A stretch of DNA of 12,016 bases. Source: Promethearchaeia archaeon. Its GTDB lineage: Archaea; Asgardarchaeota; Lokiarchaeia; Sigyniarchaeales; SOKP01. Where the stretch lies: assembly GCA_029856125.1 (NCBI GenBank), contig JAHQWJ010000003.1, forward strand, positions 1-12,016. The letters are read 5' to 3'. Both the position numbers and the translations under genes were made by a program. Under the pieces are notes generated by a model. The model ran no database searches, had not been told where the DNA came from, and saw only the letters and a list, made by a program, of their open reading frames with translations. Positions 1 to 8,059 of the stretch are shown piece after piece (within the stretch, counting starts at the first letter, position 1; every line of letters begins with the position of its first letter).

Positions 1-986
1 AATAATTCTTTTTGTTTCTTACTAAGTCTCTTAGGAACCTTTATCTTCACTCTTACTAATTGATTCCCTCTTTCCTCAGAATTTGTTTTATAAAATCCTC
101 TATTCTTTAATCTTAATATTGTTGAATCTTTAGTTCCTTCGGGAACTGATACGCTTATGGATTTTTCTATCCCGGAAACTTGAGTTTTACCACCTAAAGC
201 TGCTGTGGTAAAAGGTATTTCGTGATCAATATAAATATCGTCTCCATCTCTTTCAAAGAGTTTATGATTTTTAACATGAATGGCAATATACAGATCACCT
301 GGAGAACCTCCATTTTCACCTGGCATCCCTTTTCCTTTTAGGCGTAATTTCTGGTCATCTCTTACTCCCCGTGGAATTGTTACTGATAAGGTTTGATTCG
401 ATCCTGTAGCGGGGTCTTTATATTGAACTTGTTTCTTCTCTCCAAGAAAGGCGTCCATAAAACTTATTTCCATGTCGTATCTTAAATCTTCACCTTCTCT
501 TGGATAATTTTGTTGTCTAGTGGATCTCGCTCTCGTACTTCCACCTCTATTAGAAAAAACATCAAAAATGTCTCCTAAATCGTTAAAGAAGTCATTCCCT
601 CCTGAAGATCGCCCTCTGCGAGAATTATTTGAATTTCCAAAAATTTCGCTAAAATCGAAATTTCCAGGTGATCCAGAAGTTGAATAATAATATGTATTTC
701 CATCAGGACCTCGTTGCACTCTTGCTCCTCCCGGTGCACTGCCCCCTTGTTGGTAAGTAGAGGAGTCTCCTTCAACAACTCCAAATTTGTCATATATTTC
801 TCTTTTTTTATCGTCACTCAATAAGCTATACGCTTCGTTTATTTCCTTGAATTTCTCGCCGGATTTAGCTTCGCTAGCGTTTACATCGGGGTGATATTTT
901 CTGGCTAATTTTCGAAATGCTCTTTTAATTTCCTCTTTTGAAGCGCCTTTTTTTAATCCTAATGTTTTATAATAATCCTTTGCCAT
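1..986 (-). CDS. dnaJ: J-domain co-chaperone (DnaJ/Hsp40), class B (CbpA-like, no zinc finger); 3' end truncated by the window edge
   Basis: Not in the ORF track; translated by hand from ATG at 986-984: [36 protein letters not shown]...[22 protein letters not shown] (J domain with HPD), a G/F-rich linker (…NFDFSEIFG…[13 protein letters not shown]), then C-terminal domains ([18 protein letters not shown]…[32 protein letters not shown]…FERDGDDIY…TTAALGG…[23 protein letters not shown]). The frame stays open to position 1. GGAG lies upstream of the ATG, and the gene directly follows dnaK. Confidence 0.96.
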   Translation of the reverse strand, partial: MAKDYYKTLGLKKGASKEEIKRAFRKLARKYHPDVNASEAKSGEKFKEINEAYSLLSDDKKREIYDKFGVVEGDSSTYQQGGSAPGGARVQRGPDGNTYYYSTSGSPGNFDFSEIFGNSNNSRRGRSSGGNDFFNDLGDIFDVFSNRGGSTRARSTRQQNYPREGEDLRYDMEISFMDAFLGEKKQVQYKDPATGSNQTLSVTIPRGVRDDQKLRLKGKGMPGENGGSPGDLYIAIHVKNHKLFERDGDDIYIDHEIPFTTAALGGKTQVSGIEKSISVSVPEGTKDSTILRLKNRGFYKTNSEERGNQLVRVKIKVPKRLSKKQKEL

Positions 987-1012
987 AATTTTTAACTCCT
1001 TCAAATATTAAT

Positions 1013-1050
1013 GAAAAAAAATAAAAAATAAAATAGATAAACAAAAAAAC
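1013..1050 (-). terminator. U-rich tract between dnaK and dnaJ; possible archaeal-type intrinsic (partial) terminator
   Basis: The minus strand just after the dnaK stop carries several T-runs of 4-8 nt; oligo(U) tracts are known archaeal termination signals. The AT-rich background lowers specificity. Confidence 0.4.
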
Positions 1051-1061
1051 TAAATATTTAC

Positions 1062-2948
1062 TTACTCGTATTCAGCATCAACTACGCCGTCGTCTTGACC
1101 TGTAGCTCTACGGAATTGCTCTTCTTCGATTTCGTCTTGAGTTTGTGGAGCACCACCCATTCCTCCAGGTGGAGCACCCTGATAAGCGCCTTCTTGTGCC
1201 CCTTGTTGCTGACCATAAATTCTAGATGAAACCTCGTGAAGCGAATTCTGTAAAGTTTCCATTGAACTCGTTATTCTAACTGCATCGTCAGATTCCATTG
1301 CACTCCTGAGATCTGAAACTTTTTCAAGAATGTTCGATTTTAAATCTCCTATTACAGATTCGTTTTCGTTCAATAACTTCTCAGTTTGATAGATTAAAGC
1401 CTCAGCATGATTCTTTGCCTCAGTTAATTCTTTAAACTTTTGATCTTCATCAGCGTAGCTCTCAGCTTCTCTTACTTTTTGACTGATCTCGTCTTCTGAC
1501 ATCTTAGTTGAGGCAGTTATCGTTATCGACTGACTTTTACCAGTTCCTTTATCTTTCGCTGAAACATTGATAATACCATTCTGATCGATGTCAAATGTCA
1601 CTTCGATTTGAGGTATACCTCTTGGAGCAGGTGGTATCCCCGTCAAATGAAATTTTCCTAAAGTTATGTTATCGCTAGCTTTCGGTCGTTCTCCTTGTAA
1701 TACATGAATTTCCACTGCAGGTTGATTATCAGCAGCCGTAGAAAAAGTTTCTGCCTTCTTTGTTGGAATCGTAGTATTTCGGTTAATTAATTTAGTAAAT
1801 ACGCCACCTAAGGTCTCAACTCCTAACGATAATGGAGTAACATCTAAGAGCAATAAATCTTCTACTTCTCCAGTCAAAATACCACCTTGAACAGCAGCAC
1901 CCATGGCAACACATTCCATTGGATCTATACTCCTTTCAGGCTTTTTCCCTAAGAAATCTTCGAAAATCTTTTGAACGCTTGGCATTCTCGTAGGTCCACC
2001 AACTAAAATTACTTTATCAACTTCTCCTTTGTGTAATCCCGCGTCTTTCAAAGCTTTAGTTATAGGTGCTTCTAATCTCTTTAAAATAGGCCCAATCAGT
2101 TGTTCTAATTTTGCTCTTGTAATGCCCAATGTAAGATGTTTTGGACCTGAATCAGTTGCTGTTATGTATGGTAAATTTATATCAGTCGAAACTGAAGTAG
2201 ATAATTCGATTTTAGCCTTTTCAACCGCTTCTTTGACTCTTTGCATTGCCATAGAATCTTTGTTTAAATCAAGGCCTTCTTGATTCTTAAATTCATCAAC
2301 AACATATTTTACAAGAATCCTATCCATATCTGTTCCGCCTAATTGAGTATCTCCCGCTGTCGAGATCACTTCAAAGACTTGACTGTCCATTTCCATTACC
2401 GTAACATCAAATGTACCACCACCTAGATCTAAAACTGCGATTTTTAACTTCGCATTTTTTTTATCTAATCCGTATGCTACGGCCGCAGCAGTAGGTTCGT
2501 TAATTAAACGTTTAACGTTCAATCCCGCGATCTTACCTGCGTCTTTGGTGGCTTGTCTTTGATTATCGTTAAAGTATGCAGGCACCGTAATAATAACATC
2601 TGTAACTTCTTCGCCTAAGTAAGCACTTGCGTCTTCTTTGATTTTTCTCAAAATCATTGCCGAAATTTCCTGTGGTTTGTATTCTTTGTTTTCAATCTTC
2701 ACTTTATAGGATGTTCCCATCTTTCGCTTTATAGCTGTAATTGTTCGATCAGGGTTCGAAATTGCTTGCCTTCTCGCAGGTTCTCCTACTAACCTTTGCC
2801 CATCCTTTGTAAATGCTACAACGGAAGGAAAAGCCTTTCCACCTAATGTATTACCTTCAGCACTAGGTATAATTGTAGGCTTACCACCTACTAATACAGC
2901 AGCAGCTGAATTGGAAGTTCCTAAATCTATACCAATTATTTTTCCCAT
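1062..2948 (-). CDS. dnaK: Molecular chaperone DnaK (Hsp70)
   Basis: 628 aa with [45 protein letters not shown], the DLLLLDV linker and the substrate-binding domain. It lacks the ~23-aa N-terminal insert of Gram-negative/eukaryotic Hsp70s. The '[18 protein letters not shown]' segment is of the archaeal type. GTGAT RBS-like element upstream. Confidence 0.99.
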   Translation of the reverse strand: MGKIIGIDLGTSNSAAAVLVGGKPTIIPSAEGNTLGGKAFPSVVAFTKDGQRLVGEPARRQAISNPDRTITAIKRKMGTSYKVKIENKEYKPQEISAMILRKIKEDASAYLGEEVTDVIITVPAYFNDNQRQATKDAGKIAGLNVKRLINEPTAAAVAYGLDKKNAKLKIAVLDLGGGTFDVTVMEMDSQVFEVISTAGDTQLGGTDMDRILVKYVVDEFKNQEGLDLNKDSMAMQRVKEAVEKAKIELSTSVSTDINLPYITATDSGPKHLTLGITRAKLEQLIGPILKRLEAPITKALKDAGLHKGEVDKVILVGGPTRMPSVQKIFEDFLGKKPERSIDPMECVAMGAAVQGGILTGEVEDLLLLDVTPLSLGVETLGGVFTKLINRNTTIPTKKAETFSTAADNQPAVEIHVLQGERPKASDNITLGKFHLTGIPPAPRGIPQIEVTFDIDQNGIINVSAKDKGTGKSQSITITASTKMSEDEISQKVREAESYADEDQKFKELTEAKNHAEALIYQTEKLLNENESVIGDLKSNILEKVSDLRSAMESDDAVRITSSMETLQNSLHEVSSRIYGQQQGAQEGAYQGAPPGGMGGAPQTQDEIEEEQFRRATGQDDGVVDAEYE

Positions 2949-2996
2949 ATTTTATCACTTCTTTTTTTTAATTTTTATTAACATTTTTGTTTAAAT

Positions 2997-3665
2997 TTAT
3001 AAGTTTGATTTTTTTTTTGATATCTTAACCCCAGCAGGTTTCAATATCTTGTTATTTAAATAATAACCTTTATTTAGTTCTTCAATTATAGTATTTTCAG
3101 GGAATTTTTCATTCTCTTCTACCATTAATGCTTCGTGTTTGTAAGGATCAAATTTTTCCCCCTTTGAAAGCATAGGTTTTACTCCCTCGTCTTCTAAGAA
3201 TTTTTCAAAATTTTCGATTATCATTTTAAAACCCTTTTTTACCGACTCTCCTTTTTCTATTAAATCCAATATATTAAAAGCTCTCAGTAAATCCTCGTAA
3301 TGCCTAATTAATTTCTTCAACATTTCCTCTTTTACTCGCTCCCTATATCTCTCGTTCTCTCGTTGATTTGCCTTTTTGTAGTTATCGAAATCCGCTTGCG
3401 TTCTCACTAAAGAATTCAAATATTTTTCGGTCTTCTCTTCTAACTCCTTTAACTTTCTACCATCACTCTTTAAATATTCAATTTCTCTTTCTAACTCAGT
3501 CTTTTTGGCGATAACCTCATCCATTTTCTTTGCTAGCATTTCGTATTTTTCCGTAATCTCCACAAAATTCTTATATTTTTCTTTTGAAATCGTTACCTTA
3601 CGGTAAGGGTCTTCCAACGATCTTCGAGCGTTGAAAAATTCGTCGTAATAATCTTCAAATACCAT
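2997..3665 (-). CDS. grpE: Nucleotide exchange factor GrpE with extended N-terminal coiled coil
   Basis: RTQADFDNYKK, GEKFDPYKHEAL and KGYYLNNKILKPAGVKI are GrpE motifs; the gene is immediately upstream of dnaK in the canonical grpE-dnaK-dnaJ order. Confidence 0.96.
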   Translation of the reverse strand: MVFEDYYDEFFNARRSLEDPYRKVTISKEKYKNFVEITEKYEMLAKKMDEVIAKKTELEREIEYLKSDGRKLKELEEKTEKYLNSLVRTQADFDNYKKANQRENERYRERVKEEMLKKLIRHYEDLLRAFNILDLIEKGESVKKGFKMIIENFEKFLEDEGVKPMLSKGEKFDPYKHEALMVEENEKFPENTIIEELNKGYYLNNKILKPAGVKISKKKSNL

Positions 3666-3698
3666 ATTTTTATCTCTTAATTTGTAAACAATTATTCT

Positions 3699-3719
3699 TT
3701 GTCAACAATCAGTTGACAA
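3699..3719. promoter_or_regulatory. Perfect inverted repeat TTGTCAAC-N5-GTTGACAA; candidate repressor operator of the grpE-dnaK-dnaJ operon
   Basis: 8-bp arms at 3699-3706 and 3712-3719 with spacer AATCA, lying between the putative TATA box (3747-3754) and the grpE start (3665). Confidence 0.65.
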
Positions 3720-3746
3720 TCATTAATATACTAATATTAATTGACC

Positions 3747-3754
3747 TATTTAAA
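3747..3754 (-). promoter_or_regulatory. Putative archaeal TATA box (TTTAAATA) for the grpE-dnaK-dnaJ operon
   Basis: The minus strand reads …AAAAATCGATACC-TTTAAATA-GG…, matching the archaeal TTTA(A/T)ATA consensus and predicting a transcription start near 3722. Confidence 0.55.
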
Positions 3755-3994
3755 GGTATCGATTTTTAAATATAAATACCTCAAGCTTTCTTCTAGCAAG
3801 ATTTTCGGTTTTACAAACATTTTGTATAACTAAAAAATGTAAAAAAGAGTAGTTAAATTTTAGAAATCTAAAGCAATTTTAATGAATCTTTATAGTAATT
3901 GGAAAGAAAAACAAGCAATATTCAATTAACCTTAAAAATGCTACTGGTAGACATATAGAAACAATTATATTTATAAAATTTCATATAAAATATT

Positions 3995-4762
3995 ATGATT
4001 ACATGGATTTTAGGTATAGCTCTAATTATCTTTGTTCTAATCAAAAGGTTTGGAAAGGATGGGAGAGTCGAGGGATATCCGCTTGGAATGCCTCGTGGGA
4101 CTGTTAGAGCAATAATCACGCTAATGGTCGTATCTTTTCCATTTACCTATATCATTGCTAACTCTCAGATTCCTTCCGAGATTGTCAATACAATTTTCAT
4201 TTTAGTAGCGTTTTATTTTGAAGCTCGAAAAGGCGAGGATAATAGATTAAAAATTATCGAGGAAGTTAAAGATACTAAAGAAGTATCTGAAGAGAAAAGA
4301 AAGACTAAAAAGCCACTCTATCTTCCGAGATACACCGTAAGAATATTTTTGATGATGCTCCTAATTGTATTCTATCTGATCGATATTTTTGTTCAACAAA
4401 TATCCTTAGAGTTAACCAACACGCTTGTAGATATACTAGTCATTGCGATACTTTACTTTATAGGTACTTTTTTTAGAGCGTTAGTGCAATTATTTCAAAA
4501 AAAAAAATTGAAAGAACAAATTGAAGGAATACAAAACTATCAAGAACTATCAAAATACGACATTCTTGAGAAACTTGACGAGCAAAAACGGGGCGGTATA
4601 ACTAATGTTGGAAAAAGCTTATTTTCCATAATGGTTTTCATTGCCGTAACTGCAGCCTTATTTCTATTCACTGTTAATATTGATTTCCCCTTGATTTTTA
4701 ACGTATCATTACGGAGATCATTGTTACTACTTATTAACTTGTATTATGGTTTCAGAGATTAG
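3995..4762 (+). CDS. Uncharacterised polytopic membrane protein (~7 TM) with internally repeated PL-x-[ML]PR-x-TVR helical-hairpin units
   Basis: 255-aa ORF with seven hydrophobic stretches separated by two highly charged loops; repeats PLGMPRGTVR (aa 29-38) and PLYLPRYTVR (aa 107-116). An in-frame TAA three codons upstream fixes the start, and TATA-like TTTATAAA at 3970-3977 suggests a leaderless transcript. Confidence 0.85.
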   Translation: MITWILGIALIIFVLIKRFGKDGRVEGYPLGMPRGTVRAIITLMVVSFPFTYIIANSQIPSEIVNTIFILVAFYFEARKGEDNRLKIIEEVKDTKEVSEEKRKTKKPLYLPRYTVRIFLMMLLIVFYLIDIFVQQISLELTNTLVDILVIAILYFIGTFFRALVQLFQKKKLKEQIEGIQNYQELSKYDILEKLDEQKRGGITNVGKSLFSIMVFIAVTAALFLFTVNIDFPLIFNVSLRRSLLLLINLYYGFRD

Positions 4763-4777
4763 ATTTAAATTAAAATA

Positions 4778-4800
4778 TTTTCATTTTTTTTATTTTTCTT
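4778..4800 (+). terminator. U-rich tract downstream of the membrane protein gene
   Basis: TTTTCATTTTTTTTATTTTTCTT begins about 15 nt after the stop codon. Confidence 0.4.
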
Positions 4801-4881
4801 AAGTTCCTAAAGTTTTTACAGTAAAAAGGCATAAATTTATTATTATTCTTTAAATCAACTATCTTACAAACACGAATAGTA

Positions 4882-6132
4882 ATGATCATGAAATACCGAA
4901 ATATGGGTTCATTAGGCTGGGATGTTTCTGTTTTAGGTTTTGGGGCAATGCGGTTGCCAGTAGAAAAGGTAAAAGACGAAAAAACGGGGGAAATGAAGTT
5001 CAATATTAAAGAGGACGAAGCTATTGAAATGATTCGCTATGCAATTGATAATGGTGTGAATTATATTGACACAGCATACCCTTACCACAATGGAGAAAGC
5101 GAAGTGCTCGTCGGAAAAGCATTACAGGATGGATATCGTGAGAAAGTTCATCTTACTACGAAATTACCGATGTGGATGGTCAAAAAAACCGAGGATTTTG
5201 ATACTTTTCTCAACCAACAGATTGAACGGCTACAAACAAACCCGGATATTTACTTGTTCCACGGGTTAAATAAAGCAAGAGTTGAAAAAATCAAAACTTT
5301 AAACCTATTCGAGAAGATGGAGCAAGCGAAGGCTAAAGGATTATTCAAGTACATTGGATTCTCCTTTCACGACAGTTTTGAAGTGTTTAAAGAAATAATA
5401 GATATGTATGATTGGGATTGCTGCCAGATACAATACAATTATCTTGATATAGAATTTCAAGCGGGAACTGCGGGTTTAAAATACGCAGCGAGTAAAGATA
5501 TCGCAGTTATAATTATGGAACCAATAAGAGGTGGAAAATTAGCGATTCCACAAGAAAAACTAGATTTATATCCTGAAATTAAAAAAACTCTTGAGCTATC
5601 AAAAACTAAGAGAAAAACACCAGATTGGGCTCTTCAATTTATCTGGAATCACCCAGAAGTTTCTGTTGTTTTAAGTGGAATGAGTACGATGCAGCATGTT
5701 GTAGAAAATATTGACTCCGCAAATAATTCAGGGATTAATACATTAACTGAAGATGAATTGGCGACAATATCTCAATTACGTGAATCATATGGAAAGTATA
5801 CCGTAGCTCCTTGCACGAGTTGTGGTTATTGCTTGCCGTGTCCTAATGGAGTTTCAATACCTTCTATTCTTAGATTGATAAATGATCTCGTATATTGGGG
5901 AGAATCTGGTAAAGGACGAATAGCTTTTTTCTATAATTATTTAGCAAAAACCCAAGAAGAAATCGAGAAAAAGAAATCTGAAGGGGAAGAATTCGACGGG
6001 GCTGCTGCATTATGTATTCAATGCGGAGAATGCCTGGAAAAATGCCCACAGCAGATTGAAATTCCCGATTTTATGGAGAAAGCAAACGAGATATTTGAAA
6101 ATGGTAAAAATATTTCGGAAATATTATTTTAA
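4882..6132 (+). CDS. Aldo/keto reductase with C-terminal 4Fe-4S dicluster domain (COG1453-type)
   Basis: SVLGFGAMRLP, GVNYIDTAYPY (catalytic D/Y), TKL (K), FHGL (H), IGFSFH, QIQYNYLD, IMEPIRGGKL and VLSGMS are AKR motifs; the C-terminus has CTSCGYCLPCP and CIQCGECLEKCP. The start could be the ATG at 4888. Confidence 0.95.
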   Translation: MIMKYRNMGSLGWDVSVLGFGAMRLPVEKVKDEKTGEMKFNIKEDEAIEMIRYAIDNGVNYIDTAYPYHNGESEVLVGKALQDGYREKVHLTTKLPMWMVKKTEDFDTFLNQQIERLQTNPDIYLFHGLNKARVEKIKTLNLFEKMEQAKAKGLFKYIGFSFHDSFEVFKEIIDMYDWDCCQIQYNYLDIEFQAGTAGLKYAASKDIAVIIMEPIRGGKLAIPQEKLDLYPEIKKTLELSKTKRKTPDWALQFIWNHPEVSVVLSGMSTMQHVVENIDSANNSGINTLTEDELATISQLRESYGKYTVAPCTSCGYCLPCPNGVSIPSILRLINDLVYWGESGKGRIAFFYNYLAKTQEEIEKKKSEGEEFDGAAALCIQCGECLEKCPQQIEIPDFMEKANEIFENGKNISEILF

Positions 6133-6172
6133 TTAAGAAGTTAGGATTTTAACCAAAACTATAGAGCTTCTC

Positions 6173-6361
6173 TTATTCTTTTAAACTTTTTTTAATCTTT
6201 TGATACAAATCTTTAAGTCCAGTTTCGCTTAGAAATTTGTCTATCTTTGAGGTTGGTCTTAGTGCTTGGGGTTCCCTTTCTTTAACTAATTCACTACCAC
6301 AATATTCACAGACAATTTGATTAGGATCAGAATATTCAGTATCACAATTTGAACATTTCAT
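6173..6361 (-). CDS. Small zinc-ribbon protein (CxxC…CxxC) with a C-terminal amphipathic helix
   Basis: MKCSNCDTEYSDPNQIVCEYCGSEL; it fills an intergenic gap with no overlap. Proteins of this kind are common in archaea. Confidence 0.8.
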   Translation of the reverse strand: MKCSNCDTEYSDPNQIVCEYCGSELVKEREPQALRPTSKIDKFLSETGLKDLYQKIKKSLKE

Positions 6362-6469
6362 TTTAGTATTGAAATCTTTTAGGCTTTATTCTTATAATAA
6401 AATACTCAAATTATAATATTAAATTTTTCTGAAATGCCCAAAATAGGTTTTTTAACTAAATTTAAAATT

Positions 6470-6502
6470 TAGTAAAAAAAGAAAAAAAATTATAAAAAAA
6501 AT
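6470..6502 (-). terminator. U-rich tract after the ABC permease gene
   Basis: Three T7-8 runs on the minus strand directly after the stop codon. Confidence 0.45.
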
Positions 6503-7240
6503 CTATTTATTTCCGTATTTTTTAAACAAGAACACGCCAATAGTTATTATTAACAAGCTTACAATAGTTATGAATGTAAAACCAGTAGCTACCCAAGAAT
6601 TTGCCAAATCACCACTAAAAATTGCAGATAATGCTTTAGTTGCGTAATAGCTTGGCATAAACATAGCAATAGGTTCTGTTGTGGCGGTAACGGGTATAAA
6701 TGTCCCTAGAAACATCTGAGGTAATATAAAAATAAAGGAAATTCCCGTAGCGGTTCCAGATGATTTTGAGATCGTAGCTGTAATAAGGCCTAACCCTACT
6801 GAACTTAAAGAAAATATCATCATTAAAATAAAAGCTAACAACATTCCAAGGATATTAGCTTTTGGATTAAATCCAAAAGGAAGGGCTAACAGATACACGA
6901 TGATTACTTGAAAGACTACCAAAATCATGTTTGATATGATTTCACTTGCCATAAAATCTGCTGATGTCATAGGCGATGTGTTTAATCTTTTGAGAAGTCC
7001 TTGATCTCGCATATCGGTAAAAGATTGGGCAACAATCATTATTATAAAAATGCAGGCATACCCAAATATTCCAGGGGCAACGGTGTTCATCGACATGCCA
7101 AATTCAGGATCTCCAAAAATGAATCCGAACATTATAGTAAGAATCGCGGGAAATAAAAGCATCAAGAATAAGAATGCTGGTTCTCGAACTATCTTTAATA
7201 ATTCCATCTTTAATAAAGCTATTACTCTTTTAAAGTTCAA
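6503..7240 (-). CDS. ABC-2 type exporter permease (DrrB-like)
   Basis: 245 aa, about 6 TM helices, 'RDQGLLKRLNTSPM' ABC-2 loop, 'FLGTFIPV…MPSYYA' motifs. The TTG start abuts the stop codon of the ATPase gene, suggesting translational coupling. Confidence 0.93.
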   Translation of the reverse strand: MNFKRVIALLKMELLKIVREPAFLFLMLLFPAILTIMFGFIFGDPEFGMSMNTVAPGIFGYACIFIIMIVAQSFTDMRDQGLLKRLNTSPMTSADFMASEIISNMILVVFQVIIVYLLALPFGFNPKANILGMLLAFILMMIFSLSSVGLGLITATISKSSGTATGISFIFILPQMFLGTFIPVTATTEPIAMFMPSYYATKALSAIFSGDLANSWVATGFTFITIVSLLIITIGVFLFKKYGNK

Positions 7241-8059
7241 TTATATCCCCTCCAATATTCTTCTTCCTGTAATTTTCATGAATACTTCCTCTAAATTGAC
7301 AACTGAGTATTTTTGGATTAATTCTTTTGGATTACCAATTTCAATTATTTTTCCATAATCAATTATTGCTACTCTATCACATAGTGCTTCTGCTTCTTCA
7401 ATATAATGTGTTGTAAGGAATATGGTTTTACTTTTAGTTTTAAGTGATCCAATAAACTCCCATGTCGCTCTCCGTGCTCTTGGATCCATACCCACGGTTG
7501 GTTCATCTAAAAACGCTATTTTTGGGTCGTGAATTAACGAAATTATCATATTAAGTTGTCTTAGCATCCCACCACTATATCCTTTGGTTTTTCTTCTACT
7601 TCCTTTAGATAAGTCTAGAATTTCTAATAATTTATTGGTCTTGTCCTTTATTTCAGCTTTTTTCATTGAATGAAGCTTCCCAAAAAGTTCGATATTCTCT
7701 ATCCCAGTAAGAAATTTAAAAACTGATGGTTCCTGAGGACACACTCCAATTAATTCTTTGATATGAGAAAGACCATCACGTAAATCATAACCGTTAACAG
7801 TTGCGATTCCACTTGTTGGTTTTAAAAGTCCAATTAGTATATTAATTGTTGTTGTTTTTCCTGCTCCATTCGGTCCCAAAAAGCCGAATAATTCTCCAGA
7901 TTTCACTTTAAAGGAGACATCATCTACCGCGATAACATCATCATATCCTTTTTTCCCTCCGAATACTTTTCTTAGATTTTGTACTTCTATCGAAAATTCA
8001 CTATTAGGATTTATGATATTTTCAGGTTTTTCATATGGTTTTATTTTAGTTTCTGACAT
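7241..8059 (-). CDS. ABC exporter ATP-binding protein (DrrA-like)
   Basis: Walker A GPNGAGKTT, signature YSGGM, Walker B IAFLDEP and H-loop LTTH. Start reassigned from 8203 to the ATG at 8059 (MSETKIK…), which is preceded by the same AAGTGAT element as dnaK; the upstream 48 codons look like AT-rich intergenic DNA. Confidence 0.93.
   Translation of the reverse strand: MSETKIKPYEKPENIINPNSEFSIEVQNLRKVFGGKKGYDDVIAVDDVSFKVKSGELFGFLGPNGAGKTTTINILIGLLKPTSGIATVNGYDLRDGLSHIKELIGVCPQEPSVFKFLTGIENIELFGKLHSMKKAEIKDKTNKLLEILDLSKGSRRKTKGYSGGMLRQLNMIISLIHDPKIAFLDEPTVGMDPRARRATWEFIGSLKTKSKTIFLTTHYIEEAEALCDRVAIIDYGKIIEIGNPKELIQKYSVVNLEEVFMKITGRRILEGI

Noticed and set aside
720-760. Resemblance between the dnaJ G/F linker ([11 protein letters not shown]) and the dnaK tail (YQGAPPGG)
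   Set aside because: Short, low-complexity Gly/Gln/Pro sequence; not enough to claim duplication or gene conversion.
575-817. 80-aa minus-strand ORF from the track
   Set aside because: It is an alternative frame inside dnaJ, which occupies 1-986 on the same strand with clear motifs.
2029-2283. 84-aa plus-strand ORF
   Set aside because: Antisense shadow of dnaK with no recognisable features.
3922-4119. 65-aa minus-strand ORF
   Set aside because: Antisense to the start of the membrane protein gene and extending into AT-rich promoter DNA.
4770-5003. 77-aa minus-strand ORF
   Set aside because: Antisense to the aldo/keto reductase 5' end and the upstream U-rich tract; no motifs.
5066-5269. 67-aa plus-strand ORF
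   Set aside because: Out-of-frame ORF nested in the intact aldo/keto reductase.
7050-7358. 102-aa plus-strand ORF
   Set aside because: Antisense shadow across the ABC ATPase/permease junction.
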